Virus record (IMG/VR): IMGVR_UViG_3300028895_000917
Span: 1-60,252 of that record
DNA: 60,252 nt
Origin: a virus
Taxonomy: Duplodnaviria; Caudoviricetes
Direction: 5' to 3' (one strand)
Made by a program: the position numbers and the translations under genes. Shown here piece after piece: positions 45,062-54,971 of this stretch (position 1 is the first letter of the stretch; the number at the start of each line of letters is the position of its first letter). The notes below the pieces were generated by a model, which worked only from the letters and a program-made list of their open reading frames with translations, was not told where the DNA came from and ran no database searches.

Positions 45062-46303
45062 CCCCTGGTCCCGCCCATCCCGCCGTTGCCGCAGGTTCCG
45101 TTCGATCTGCCGTTCAACGCGACGATCGACAAATCGCACATCCTGGCGTTGCCGCCCGAGGACGATTTTGACGTAATGGCTGTGACCTGTTTTCTCGATT
45201 GCCTGATCGTCGAACAGGTCAACCGAGACTGCTGCGACTGGGTCATCATCGCCAACCGCAAGGTCTACTACATCAAGTGGCGCGACGTGCCTCCACGTCC
45301 CCCGTGGACCCGACAGGTCTGGGACATCTACAAGCTGATGCCCGACTCCTGCGGCTGCCCGAGTCAGCCCAAAGGTCTCGGTTGGCAGTGGTGCTGGTCC
45401 GACGTGATCAAGACGCTGCGCAACGACATCATGCGCAACTGGCAGAACGGCAACCTCTCCGGTAGTGGAGAAACGGTCGTCGCCATCGGCACCAATGCTT
45501 TCCAACCCGCCACCCCGGGCATCGCTCAGGTCGGCCCCGTGCTCTACCTCGATGCCAGCGACGCGAGCACGCTGACCCTCACCGGTGGTGCCGTCGAACG
45601 TTGGGCGGACAAGAGCACCATGTTCAATGATGCCGTGCAGGAGGTGGCTGGTAACCGACCTACTGTGGCCGCTGCCTCTTTGAACGGGCTGGACACGCTC
45701 TTCTTTGATGAGACGCTGGACCAGTTCATGAACGTGCAGCTCAAGGCTCGAGCGGACTGGCACCTGTTCGTCGTGGGTCGCTTCATGGCAAGCGTCCTGA
45801 ACGCTCGAGGCACCTTCTTCTCGGCCGCAGGGTTTGATGGAACTTTCGGTGGGATCGACGGCAAGATCTACCAGGACAGCTCGGTGCAGCCGGTCGGCAC
45901 TCCGTTCACGTACATCGACCCGAGTGAGGTGCCGATGGTCGGGACGACGTTGGGCAGCGGCACCTTCGGCATCCTCGAGTGGCGTGAGACTATCTCAGGT
46001 ACGGGCACCGCAACCATCTCGGTCAACGCCTTCGAGCAGGATGTGTTCTCCGGCAACACGACCGACGATTTCTGGGACCCGACGCGACAGACTTTCGGTG
46101 AGCCCGTTCCGCTTCAAGCTGCGGTGGGACGATCGAACTGGGGCGTCAACCCAGCCCGAACGTTCGACTACCTCAGCGGGAACATCGGACAGATCTTGCT
46201 GTACCCTCGTGTGCTGGCGGAAGGTGAGCGCATCCAAGTGCTCAACGTGCTTCGTGCAAAGTGGGGCCTGGGAGCCCCTCTACCTTTCCCGCCTAGTCCG
46301 TGA
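45059..46303 (+). CDS. LamG/ConA-like virion protein with Cys-rich N-terminal domain
   Basis: LYLDASD...V.RWADKS...RPT...LNG and GNIGQILLY.R.L...E...V...L..KWG. Confidence 0.7.
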   Translation: MPLVPPIPPLPQVPFDLPFNATIDKSHILALPPEDDFDVMAVTCFLDCLIVEQVNRDCCDWVIIANRKVYYIKWRDVPPRPPWTRQVWDIYKLMPDSCGCPSQPKGLGWQWCWSDVIKTLRNDIMRNWQNGNLSGSGETVVAIGTNAFQPATPGIAQVGPVLYLDASDASTLTLTGGAVERWADKSTMFNDAVQEVAGNRPTVAAASLNGLDTLFFDETLDQFMNVQLKARADWHLFVVGRFMASVLNARGTFFSAAGFDGTFGGIDGKIYQDSSVQPVGTPFTYIDPSEVPMVGTTLGSGTFGILEWRETISGTGTATISVNAFEQDVFSGNTTDDFWDPTRQTFGEPVPLQAAVGRSNWGVNPARTFDYLSGNIGQILLYPRVLAEGERIQVLNVLRAKWGLGAPLPFPPSP

Positions 46304-46665
46304 AGGACCGGTATAGTCCGAGCATGACCGACGACGAGTTTGCTGATGAAGTTGCGCGCCGCCTGAACCGTTTCATCAAAACGGACGAGATGCGTTCGTT
46401 GGCGACGCTGACGAGCTCGTTGGCGCACGTGGGCTACGCGAACGTAGCCCATTTCCTGGGGCAGCTCTGTTTGCCGCACGGCATGACCCAAGAAACTCCT
46501 CCCGAAGAGATGGAGAACGTGAAGTTCCTGATGCCCATCATCGATCTCGAGAAGAAAGGGATCAAGGGGTTCCGGACAGCAACAGGCTCAGAACTCCAGC
46601 AAGAGGCCGAAAAAGCACAGAAATTCCAGGAAAAGCAAACCGGCCCCGAGGACAAGATCCACTAG
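46300..46665 (+). CDS. hypothetical protein
   Basis: GTGA overlap. Confidence 0.6.
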   Translation: MKDRYSPSMTDDEFADEVARRLNRFIKTDEMRSLATLTSSLAHVGYANVAHFLGQLCLPHGMTQETPPEEMENVKFLMPIIDLEKKGIKGFRTATGSELQQEAEKAQKFQEKQTGPEDKIH

Positions 46666-46672
46666 GGGTAGA

Positions 46673-47491
46673 ATGAACGAAATGGGCACCGAAAGCGTTT
46701 TTTTGATCCGTATCGACGACGCCACCGTTCCGCTGGTGAAGTCGGTTCTGTGCGACGACAAGAGCCAGGAGGCCAAGCGGTTGCGTCGTGCCCTGGCCAA
46801 CTGGGGGAGCACGACCCTGAGCGTCGGTGATGCTCAGTACATGCAGGATGCTCTGGTCGCCTATGCCAACAACGAAGTGCGCGAAGGATCGGCCACGCAC
46901 AAGAAGGCCCTGCACTTCGCGGCTGCCCTCGAGGACTGCGTCATCGTGGCTGAGGCTCGAGCCAACGCTTCAAAGGAAGAAGAGCCCAAGTCGATCGTGA
47001 CCCCGGAGGCCGAGGTGGCTCGTCTCGAGAAGGAGCGCACCGATCGTCTCCGTGACGAGATGCTTCGTCAGGTGTTCCTCGGGGGCCCTCGCAAGAAGAT
47101 CGACATCTGGGGGAACGTCGTCGAGGACGAGGCGCCGGTCTCGAAGCACGAGTTCCGGAAGATGGCGAAGACCATCTCGAACGAGGACTTCCGTGACGCT
47201 CTCCGCAAGGATCTCGAGGACAAGAGGCGTCGAGAGATGGCAACTGCCGGTGGCAGCGCCATGAACTACGAGACGCTGCAGCGCATTCGGTTCAACCGCA
47301 AACCCGTCGCAGACGTGGAGGCCGACAAGGTCCTCACGGGTGGCTCCTCCATGAACTACAACGAGGACATGAAGGTCGAGGGCGCCACTACCTTGCTCAA
47401 GCAACAGCAGCAGTCGTCTCCGGTGGGTCGGTTGCAAAACGGCGGCGTTGTCGTCGGCACCGTCTCCGGGTTCCGCAACAAGACAAGGTAG
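46673..47491 (+). CDS. hypothetical protein
   Basis: Long ORF; repeated GGSxMNY. Confidence 0.65.
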   Translation: MNEMGTESVFLIRIDDATVPLVKSVLCDDKSQEAKRLRRALANWGSTTLSVGDAQYMQDALVAYANNEVREGSATHKKALHFAAALEDCVIVAEARANASKEEEPKSIVTPEAEVARLEKERTDRLRDEMLRQVFLGGPRKKIDIWGNVVEDEAPVSKHEFRKMAKTISNEDFRDALRKDLEDKRRREMATAGGSAMNYETLQRIRFNRKPVADVEADKVLTGGSSMNYNEDMKVEGATTLLKQQQQSSPVGRLQNGGVVVGTVSGFRNKTR

Positions 47492-47497
47492 TTCGAC

Positions 47498-48169
47498 GTG
47501 AAGGTCCCGGACACTGTCGAAGGGGTCCAAGACCCCTACCTCAATCAGTTCGAGCTCTGGGGCGCAGAAGGACGCCAGCTCACTACGGGTTCCGAGGTGC
47601 CTTCCGTGGGCATGGCGGACACCTACGCGGTTCAATTCCTCGGGCCCGAGGATGCCAAGCCCATGTTTCTGTGGGTGCAGGAGAACAAGATCACGAACAT
47701 CATGGCGCTCCAGCCCATCGGCCAGCGTTCGGTGTTCGATCAGCGCGGGACGTACCTCGGGCGTGGGGGTTTTGAGCTCGACCCCATCGTGACCAAACAG
47801 CAGTCCCCCGTGGACATCGTCACGGCGATCAAGCAGCAGACGCTTTCCAAGGTTGAGGAGGCTCCGGTTTCGGATCTGGTCGAAGAGCTTCGTAAGGTCC
47901 CGATGCCCGAGCAGTCTCTGGCTCTCTCGGACTTGGTCAAAGAGACCGAGTCAGATGAGATCGAGGGAGAAGAAGACAACGAAGTCATCGATCAGATGCT
48001 CGCTGAGCTTCAAGAGGAGATGGGGCCTGACCCCGCGCCTCTTCTTCACGTCTTCCACTTGCGCCCCGACTTCAAGCTCCAGATCCCGCTACCGTTGGAC
48101 CTGACCGAGCGGGAAGCCGAGAGGCTTGCGACGTTCATCCTTTCGTGTCCCTTCTGGCAAGAGAATTGA
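47498..48169 (+). CDS. acidic hypothetical protein
   Basis: Long ORF; C-terminal LRPDF...LPLDLT.REAERL motif. Confidence 0.65.
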   Translation: MKVPDTVEGVQDPYLNQFELWGAEGRQLTTGSEVPSVGMADTYAVQFLGPEDAKPMFLWVQENKITNIMALQPIGQRSVFDQRGTYLGRGGFELDPIVTKQQSPVDIVTAIKQQTLSKVEEAPVSDLVEELRKVPMPEQSLALSDLVKETESDEIEGEEDNEVIDQMLAELQEEMGPDPAPLLHVFHLRPDFKLQIPLPLDLTEREAERLATFILSCPFWQEN

Positions 48170-48170
48170 T

Positions 48171-48938
48171 ATGAAGGCTCTGCTCGTCAGCGATTTGCAC
48201 TTCGAGTTCCACCGGGACAACGGTCGCTCGCTCGTGGACTCGCTGCCGGATGCAGATGTGCTTCTGTGTCCTGGCGATCTGACAAACGCGGCAGGGATCT
48301 GGGATGCTCTGTTGCTGCTACTCGAGAAGTGGCCGCACGTCGTCTACACCTACGGCAACCACGAGTTCTACGGGAGCAACATTCCGGCCGTGAAGAAGAA
48401 GGTCGCGCGTCTGATCAAACGGCTTCCAAGGTTGGGTGACAACCTTGGTCAGCTTCACGTCCTCGACAATTCGACCTGTGAGATCGAAGGGCGTCGCTTT
48501 GTCGGGACTACGCTTTGGTTCCGCAAGGTGATGGGCGGCCTCAAGTACGACCGCATGATGAACGACTTCTCACAGATCGGTAACTCGGAACGGATCTACG
48601 AAGAGAACGACGCCGCCGAAGAGTTCCTGCGTGAGACCGTGACCGGTGATGACATCGTCCTCACGCACCACATGCCGGCAGCCGAATCGATCCATCCGAA
48701 GTACGAGGGCTCACCGCTCAACCGCTACTTCATGACCGACATGGCGTGGCTCATTGAGCAACGTCAGCCGAAGCTGTGGGTGCATGGGCACACCCATACC
48801 TCCACTCAATATCAGTTGGGACATACCCGCGTCGTGTGTAACCCTTTCGGGTATGCGGCCTACGAAGAAAACCCAGAATTCGATCCAAACCTGATCATTG
48901 ATCTTACAAAGCTTCGACCCGAAGACGACGGCGCATAG
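48171..48938 (+). CDS. calcineurin-like metallophosphoesterase
   Basis: SDLH, GD, GNHE, THH, HGHTH, CNPFGY. Confidence 0.9.
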   Translation: MKALLVSDLHFEFHRDNGRSLVDSLPDADVLLCPGDLTNAAGIWDALLLLLEKWPHVVYTYGNHEFYGSNIPAVKKKVARLIKRLPRLGDNLGQLHVLDNSTCEIEGRRFVGTTLWFRKVMGGLKYDRMMNDFSQIGNSERIYEENDAAEEFLRETVTGDDIVLTHHMPAAESIHPKYEGSPLNRYFMTDMAWLIEQRQPKLWVHGHTHTSTQYQLGHTRVVCNPFGYAAYEENPEFDPNLIIDLTKLRPEDDGA

Positions 48939-49833
48939 CGTAGTAGGCACTCTTTGAGCGCCCTTCCGGGCAGACACCGTCTCGCGCAAGCCCGATCTCG
49001 TGCCGCGACCAATGTCGGTGATTCGTTTGGATAGCGCGACCGCTACACCAAATGTCGTACTTGCGCTCCAACTTGAGCGATGCGTCTGCGTACATGTACT
49101 CGCCAATAGCCACGGAGTCGGCGTGGCCCAGAGAGAGTTTGAACATCTTCCTAGAACCCTTCTTTTTGCCAGAACCTCCCTTCGCAAGCACGCCTACCTT
49201 CTGGCCCACAAGACCGCGCTCGTGGAGACGTTGTACGATGTGTTCGAGAAACTCTTTACATGCGCACACGAGACTCCACTGCAAGCGTTCGTCCCTCCGG
49301 TTCACCACGATGCTCATCGAGCCGTCCCCGTCGCTTAGCCCACGTAGGAAATGCGGAAACCATTCTCCATCGCAGCCTTCCGGGATGAACTCGTTGCCTG
49401 TCTTGTCCGAGGTAAACCCGAGAGACTTGAGAACTTGGAGCGGCATCCCCGAGAAAGAGATGCGGTAAGAGAATTTTCCTGAGAGTTCTCGACTTTTCCA
49501 TTTCCGAAGCGGGATCTTCGAGATGGTGTTTCGGTAATGGACTGCCTCGGCGACGAGCCGGATAAGCTCCTGATCGTTGAGTGCAAGATACGCTGCTCCT
49601 CCTCGTTCCTCGAGCCAACCGTCCGCTACAAAAAGACCCAGGAAGTACGCCCGGAGTGCTGTCGGCGTAGACAGAAAAAGGGGGTCGTAGGCTGCCTTTA
49701 GGTGTCCCCTGGTCCATGCAGACACGGTCTCCACAGAGACACCCAGTTCTGTGGCAACCTCACCGCGTGTTTTTCCGTCGTTACGGAGTGCTATCGCACG
49801 GGCTTCGAGCTCGGGGCGTCGAGGACGGGGCAC
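48904..49833 (-). mobile_element. free-standing LAGLIDADG homing endonuclease with N-terminal HTH
   Basis: YFLGLFVADG and FLRGLSDGDG, L.RK; antisense to neighbours, overlapping the phosphoesterase 3' end. Confidence 0.88.
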
Positions 49834-49884
49834 GTAGAGACGTTACCACACATCTCGTGTAGGACAATTGTGGTAAGCTTTCCC

Positions 49885-50229
49885 GTGGTCCTTTCGGTCT
49901 GGATCGTGACGGCAGTCGGACCCGAACCCTCCGTTCACTTCGTCATCGCAGGTTCCTTTGACCGGGCTCAGGATCTGGTCGTTCGACGAACGCACATCCG
50001 GGCTGAAAGCCTCAGCGTCGTGAAGCTTCGAGAGGACTTCGCTCCGGTGCCTCAGAGCCTCGCCAGGAAGCCCGGGGTCGAGAGGTACCTCGGCCCTTTG
50101 GAGAAGTTCAGCCCGTATCTGAGAGCCGACTGCTCGCTCTGCCGGGGCACCGGGAAGGTCATCGGCTCGAGGCCGCCTGAGCTGTGCCCGGTTTGTGGGG
50201 GCACCGGGCTGAAAACCACGCGGTCTTGA
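49885..50229 (+). CDS. protein with C-terminal DnaJ-type Zn finger
   Basis: CSLCRGTG...CPVCGGTG; start uncertain. Confidence 0.55.
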   Translation: MVLSVWIVTAVGPEPSVHFVIAGSFDRAQDLVVRRTHIRAESLSVVKLREDFAPVPQSLARKPGVERYLGPLEKFSPYLRADCSLCRGTGKVIGSRPPELCPVCGGTGLKTTRS

Positions 50230-50322
50230 GGCAGAGGGATCAGCAGACGTTCAGCCAAATAGGCTCTGGGACGCCGTCTGTGGCCTCCTGGGGCTTTTTT
50301 ACGAAAAAACCGGGTGTAGGTA

Positions 50323-50348
50323 TGTAAAAAGTTCGGGACCTCCGTGCA
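50323..50348 (+). promoter_or_regulatory. TGTAAA-class putative promoter
   Basis: TGTAAAA-N13-CGTGCA. Confidence 0.6.
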
Positions 50349-50369
50349 GAGGGGGAGAGAAGACCCACC

Positions 50370-52538
50370 ATGGCGCTTTACCCGAACCGACGAGCTGGAA
50401 TCTGCACCACCTGCAAGGGCCGCGTGGCCGCTCAGGCTGGCTTCATCCACAAGAACGCCGCTGGCAAGTGGGACGTGTACCACAACAGCGACAAGTGCAT
50501 CCCCAAGGCACTCCAGACCGCTCAAGCCAAGGCTGACCGCAAGGAGCTGACGGCTGACGGCGAGCTCTACTTTCCCTACGACCGCGACGCGCTCGATCTG
50601 CTCCGGTCGTTCCCCCCGACCAAGGACCGCAACAAGCCGACGTGGGACAGCGTCAAGAAGTGCCGCAACGTGAGCACCGAGCCCGAGGACCGTCCTCGCG
50701 TGCTGGAGCTCTGTGAGAGGCTCGGCATCAAGGTTGCGGACGAGCTCAAGCAGGTTCCCACCAACCCGGCTGTGGAGGCAGCGATGCTTCGCTGCGACGC
50801 CATCCCGACCCTCCGTGGGTACCAGCGTGAAGGGGTCGAGTTCCTGGCCCGTCGCCGTGCTGCGATCCTGGCCGATGACATGGGTCTGGGCAAGACCCTC
50901 CAGGCACTCCTCGCCGTGGACCCCTCGATGGGTCTGCTGGTGGTGTGCCCCTCGGTCGTCAAGTACTCGTGGAAGAACGAGGTCGCCAAGTGGCGCCCCG
51001 ATCTGACCGCTGAGGTCATGGAGGGCCGCGACAGTTTCCGGTTCCCGAAGGCTGGCGAAGTCGTCATCACCAACTTCGAGATCCTGCCCAAGTGGCTCAT
51101 GCCCGTCACCATCGCCACCCGCAAGGACGGCTCCGAGATCAAGGGCGCGCAAATCCCTGACCTGCCGAGTTTCCGCGAGTCGGACCCGAAGAAGGTGGTC
51201 CTTGTTGTGGACGAGCTCCAGCGTGGCAAGAACTACCGCACCCAGCTCCACAAGAAGGTCAAGGAACTCGGCCGCCTGTGTGGCAAGGTCTGGGGTCTCA
51301 GTGGCACTCCGATCGACAACCGCCCGACTGACCTGTGGGGTGTCCTCCAGGCTGTCCACATGCACCGGGATGTGTTCGGTGGGTGGAAGGGCTTCGTGCG
51401 CTGCTTCCAGGCGTACAAGGGCGGCTACGGTAGCTCCTACATCTGGGGCTCCCCGCTCCCCGAGGTTCCCGAGCGTCTGCGTCGAGTGATGCTGCGTCGT
51501 CTCAAGGACAACGTGCTCACCGATCTTCCCCCCACCGTGTGGAAGGACGTGTACGTTCCCGTCTCGGGAGTCCGCTTCAACAAGCAGCTCAACAAGGCGT
51601 ACGACCGTGTGGAGCGGATCCTCAACGAGGGTCGTCTCCCCCGTTTCGAGGATCTTTCGGAGGTTCGTGCTCGCCTTGCCGAGTCTCGTATCCCGGCCCT
51701 GCTCGACATGGTCGAGGACTTCGAGGAGGCTGGTGAGCCCCTGGTCGTCTTCTCGGCCTACAAGGCTCCCATCAACGAGCTCGCCAAGCGCGACGGTTGG
51801 GAGATCATCACCGGTGATGTGTCGGCCAAGCGCCGCCAGGAGATCGTTGCGGATTTCCAGGCCGGCAAGCTCAAGGGTGTCGGACTCACCATCGCGGCCG
51901 GTGGTGTCGGCATCACGCTGACCCAGGCCAGCAACATGATCTTCGTGGACCTCGACTGGGTTCCGGCGAAGAACGCTCAGGCGGTCGATCGCATCCGTCG
52001 TATCGGTCAGACGGGTGCCTCCATCCAGGTCATCCGGATGGCGAGCGACCACCCCGTGGATCGTCGGGTGCAGGCGATTCTCAACGAGAAAATGGAGCTC
52101 ATCCAGCGCGCCATTGAGGACGAGATCGCCTACGAAAAGAAGACGGCGACCGTCATCAAGAGCGAGTCTCAGGCCGACTACGACGCTCGCATCGCGGCTG
52201 CCGTTGCCAAGGCGGAAGCCAAAGCCAAGGCTGATGCGCAGCAGCGGGTCATCAACAGCAACTACGTGGCTGGTGAGCGAGCCAAGGCTCAGCGTCCCGA
52301 GGTCACGATCACCCCGAAGGTGGCCGTCTCCCTGCGTGACGCCCTCCAGTACATGCTCACCCGCTGTGACGGTGCCCATCACCGCGATGATGTGGGTTTC
52401 AACAAGCCGGATGCCGGCCGTGCTCGAATCCTCGCGCAGACCGGCCTCACCACTGAGGACGAGCTTCGCACGGCGGAGCGACTCCTGTCCCGCTACTACC
52501 GGCAGCTCCACAACAAGTACCCGGAGCTGTTCGCCTGA
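50370..52538 (+). CDS. SNF2-family helicase/ATPase
   Basis: LADDMGLGKT, VVDELQ, LSGTP, RRLK, AGGVGITL, QAVDRIRRIGQ. Confidence 0.92.
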   Translation: MALYPNRRAGICTTCKGRVAAQAGFIHKNAAGKWDVYHNSDKCIPKALQTAQAKADRKELTADGELYFPYDRDALDLLRSFPPTKDRNKPTWDSVKKCRNVSTEPEDRPRVLELCERLGIKVADELKQVPTNPAVEAAMLRCDAIPTLRGYQREGVEFLARRRAAILADDMGLGKTLQALLAVDPSMGLLVVCPSVVKYSWKNEVAKWRPDLTAEVMEGRDSFRFPKAGEVVITNFEILPKWLMPVTIATRKDGSEIKGAQIPDLPSFRESDPKKVVLVVDELQRGKNYRTQLHKKVKELGRLCGKVWGLSGTPIDNRPTDLWGVLQAVHMHRDVFGGWKGFVRCFQAYKGGYGSSYIWGSPLPEVPERLRRVMLRRLKDNVLTDLPPTVWKDVYVPVSGVRFNKQLNKAYDRVERILNEGRLPRFEDLSEVRARLAESRIPALLDMVEDFEEAGEPLVVFSAYKAPINELAKRDGWEIITGDVSAKRRQEIVADFQAGKLKGVGLTIAAGGVGITLTQASNMIFVDLDWVPAKNAQAVDRIRRIGQTGASIQVIRMASDHPVDRRVQAILNEKMELIQRAIEDEIAYEKKTATVIKSESQADYDARIAAAVAKAEAKAKADAQQRVINSNYVAGERAKAQRPEVTITPKVAVSLRDALQYMLTRCDGAHHRDDVGFNKPDAGRARILAQTGLTTEDELRTAERLLSRYYRQLHNKYPELFA

Positions 52539-52554
52539 TCGAAGAAGAAACAAG

Positions 52555-53544
52555 ATGACCGAAGTCACCACTGTTCCCGACACCATCATGGACGCCGACA
52601 ACCCGGTGGCCATGCTCGCCCAAACCGACTCCATGTCCACATGGAGTGATGCCAAGAAGAACGAGTTCGCCGAGCTTTTCGAGAAACGGACTCGAATCGC
52701 GCTGTACCTGTGCGAGATCACGGTGTCGAAGCTCGCCAACATGGCGAAGGCTCGACACTTCATCTCCGACTACCACCTGACCAAGCTTCAACGTTCGCAC
52801 TCGTGGGCGCCGGTGCCCGAGTACATGTACTCGTACGCGCACGAGATCCAGGACTGTGGCCGCGATCCCGAGGAGATCCTGCACCTCGCAGACCAGCGGG
52901 CCAAGACGTTGCTGGCCGAGCTCCCTCCGCTCAAGCAGGCGGTGAGAGTCATCGATGCGGAGACGGCCAAGAAGATCGAGAAGATCGAACGGCTCAAGGC
53001 CAAGGCTGAGGGGCTCCAGGAGGAACTCGAGCAGCTCCCCGCCCAGATCGACATGGCGGACGACGAGTACCAGGACATGAAGGTCAGCGAGTTCCGTGCG
53101 GAGGTCCAGAAGCTCTTCGACACGCGCAACAAACTGGTCAAGGACATGAACAAGGCTGGCACCGAGGCCCACGATCTCGAGATCGCCGTGTCCAAGGCGC
53201 TCTACAAGGGGCTCCCCGGGCTGTCCGATGCCGTGATCGACGTGATCAAGGTCCACCTCGAACGCAAGACGGCTCTCGATCAGATGCAACGCCGGGTCAC
53301 CGAACAGGTCAAGTTCGGAGACAGCGAGGCGGCCACGGACCTGCTGGCCCAGTTCGAGAAAGATGAGGTCGCCGTGTCCGATGAGCTCAAGACGAAGCTC
53401 AACGCTGCCATGGCCTCTCTCAAGGCCAGCGTGAAGGCGCTTCCCAAGAAACCCCGCGCCAAGAAGACCTCCAAGGCCCTGTCGGCCAAGAAGGCCACCA
53501 AGAAGACGGCGTCGAAGAAGCGCGCCAAGAAGGGATCGCGCTGA
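52555..53544 (+). CDS. coiled-coil protein with Lys/Ala-rich histone H1-like tail
   Basis: Heptad-like helices; KKATKKTASKKRAKK tail. Confidence 0.7.
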   Translation: MTEVTTVPDTIMDADNPVAMLAQTDSMSTWSDAKKNEFAELFEKRTRIALYLCEITVSKLANMAKARHFISDYHLTKLQRSHSWAPVPEYMYSYAHEIQDCGRDPEEILHLADQRAKTLLAELPPLKQAVRVIDAETAKKIEKIERLKAKAEGLQEELEQLPAQIDMADDEYQDMKVSEFRAEVQKLFDTRNKLVKDMNKAGTEAHDLEIAVSKALYKGLPGLSDAVIDVIKVHLERKTALDQMQRRVTEQVKFGDSEAATDLLAQFEKDEVAVSDELKTKLNAAMASLKASVKALPKKPRAKKTSKALSAKKATKKTASKKRAKKGSR

Positions 53545-53969
53545 TGCGGAAAGTTCGTCGAAAGCACCAGCGTAGGCTCCAAGAGACGCCACGGGTCTAT
53601 GCAGACGGCGCCAACATGGTGGTTTCCTTGGATGGCAGTCGCGGTCTCAACAAGGACGGTCAGGTCATCCACTCCCCCCACCCCCTCAGCCTCTACGATC
53701 TTCGCTTCTCGGTGACTCGGAGCGGGAAGCTCAAGTTCGCCAAGAAGATCACGCTGACCCCGCAGTTCGAAGAGCGGGAGAGGCTCGATGAGAACGGCAA
53801 CAAGATCCCCAACGCAAAACGCGAGAAAGAGCTCGAGCGTTGGGGGCATAGCTATCAGCCCGAGTTCGAGACCGAGAACGCGGTGCTAGATGAGCCCCAC
53901 GTGAAGCAGGAGTACGATGTGGACCGGGAGTGGTGGCGCCGCCACGCCTACACCACGGTGGTTTTCTAG
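53544..53969 (+). CDS. hypothetical protein
   Basis: TGATG overlap. Confidence 0.6.
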   Translation: MRKVRRKHQRRLQETPRVYADGANMVVSLDGSRGLNKDGQVIHSPHPLSLYDLRFSVTRSGKLKFAKKITLTPQFEERERLDENGNKIPNAKREKELERWGHSYQPEFETENAVLDEPHVKQEYDVDREWWRRHAYTTVVF

Positions 53970-53987
53970 GAGGCCACCACTTTTTCG

Positions 53988-54013
53988 TGTAAATCGTTCC
54001 GCCCTTGCGTGCA
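53988..54013 (+). promoter_or_regulatory. TGTAAA-class putative promoter
   Basis: TGTAAAT-N13-CGTGCA. Confidence 0.6.
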
Positions 54014-54019
54014 CGTTTC

Positions 54020-54181
54020 GTGGGACAGAAACGGACCACAAAGCCCCCAGAGGTCATTCCGGTGCCCATCCGGACACCGGAAGACCTCCTCAAGGTGCCT
54101 GAGCGAATCTTGCGCAGGATCAAGCGGCAACTTGAGATTGAAGAGTTCGAAGAGTTCCTGCGCATCCGAGGAGAGAAATGA
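54020..54181 (+). CDS. small protein (53 aa), probably leaderless
   Basis: Hand translation MGQKRTTKPPEVIPVPIRTPEDLLKVPERILRRIKRQLEIEEFEEFLRIRGEK; ATGA overlap with next gene. Confidence 0.5.
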   Translation: MGQKRTTKPPEVIPVPIRTPEDLLKVPERILRRIKRQLEIEEFEEFLRIRGEK

Positions 54182-54561
54182 GCACGACTACACAAGACGC
54201 ATTCGAGACGGCTCTGGCCGACGTTTTCGAGGGCCGCGAGGTCCAGTTGGGCCATGGCCCCCGCAAGCTCCTGCGCGAGTTCTACGACCGCGCCCTGAAG
54301 GATTCCAGCAAGGTGCAGGGGTCCAAGGTGGGGCAGCCGGTTCGGGATTTCTCTGATCTCCAGGTCGGGGACGTGTTCCAGAACGGCTATCTCCAGGGCG
54401 AGAACCGTTGCCGGCGCGTCACCCGAGTCCTCAGCTCGGATGAGATCGAGACCGAGTACGTCAGCACCCGGTCGAAGCGCATCGTCCGAACCGAGAGCTA
54501 CGACCGGCACACGTTCAACAGCTACCACAACTACAAGTACATCGCGGATCCGGCCAAGTGA
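54178..54561 (+). CDS. hypothetical protein, paralogue of next gene
   Basis: RBS GAGGAG; aligns by eye with 54558-54959. Confidence 0.65.
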   Translation: MSTTTQDAFETALADVFEGREVQLGHGPRKLLREFYDRALKDSSKVQGSKVGQPVRDFSDLQVGDVFQNGYLQGENRCRRVTRVLSSDEIETEYVSTRSKRIVRTESYDRHTFNSYHNYKYIADPAK

Positions 54562-54959
54562 GCGACGAACAACGGTTTCAGGAGGCGCTGCAAGCCGTCT
54601 TCGGGCCCCGGTGCGCGGAGTTTCAACCGGGCTTGCGTGACCTGCTTCGGCAGCTATACAGTGCAGCCCATGCGGATGGTGTTCACGACGCAGCCCTGAC
54701 AGGGTGTTCGGCTCTCGAGCCGGGCACCCAAGTCACGGAATTCCTCGCTCTGCGGCCGGGAACCTTCCTGCAAAAAAACTGGCTCCGGAAACAGGGACAG
54801 GTTCGTCGAATCCTGTCCGTGACCTACCGGTCCGTCGTTCTGGATGCCCAGACGGGGAAACCCGTCACGCAGGAGGAGGGCTACACGGAACAGTCCTTCC
54901 GGTCGTACCAGCCGTACACCGTCGTCTTGCCCGTCGAGTCAGAAGACTCGGCGGCTTAG
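54558..54959 (+). CDS. hypothetical protein, paralogue of previous gene
   Basis: GTGA overlap. Confidence 0.6.
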   Translation: MSDEQRFQEALQAVFGPRCAEFQPGLRDLLRQLYSAAHADGVHDAALTGCSALEPGTQVTEFLALRPGTFLQKNWLRKQGQVRRILSVTYRSVVLDAQTGKPVTQEEGYTEQSFRSYQPYTVVLPVESEDSAA

Positions 54960-54971
54960 AAAGCCAAAACC

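Noticed and set aside
48904-49833. Group I intron carrying the LAGLIDADG ORF
   Set aside because: ORF is antisense, the flanking gene is complete, and there is no room for an intron core
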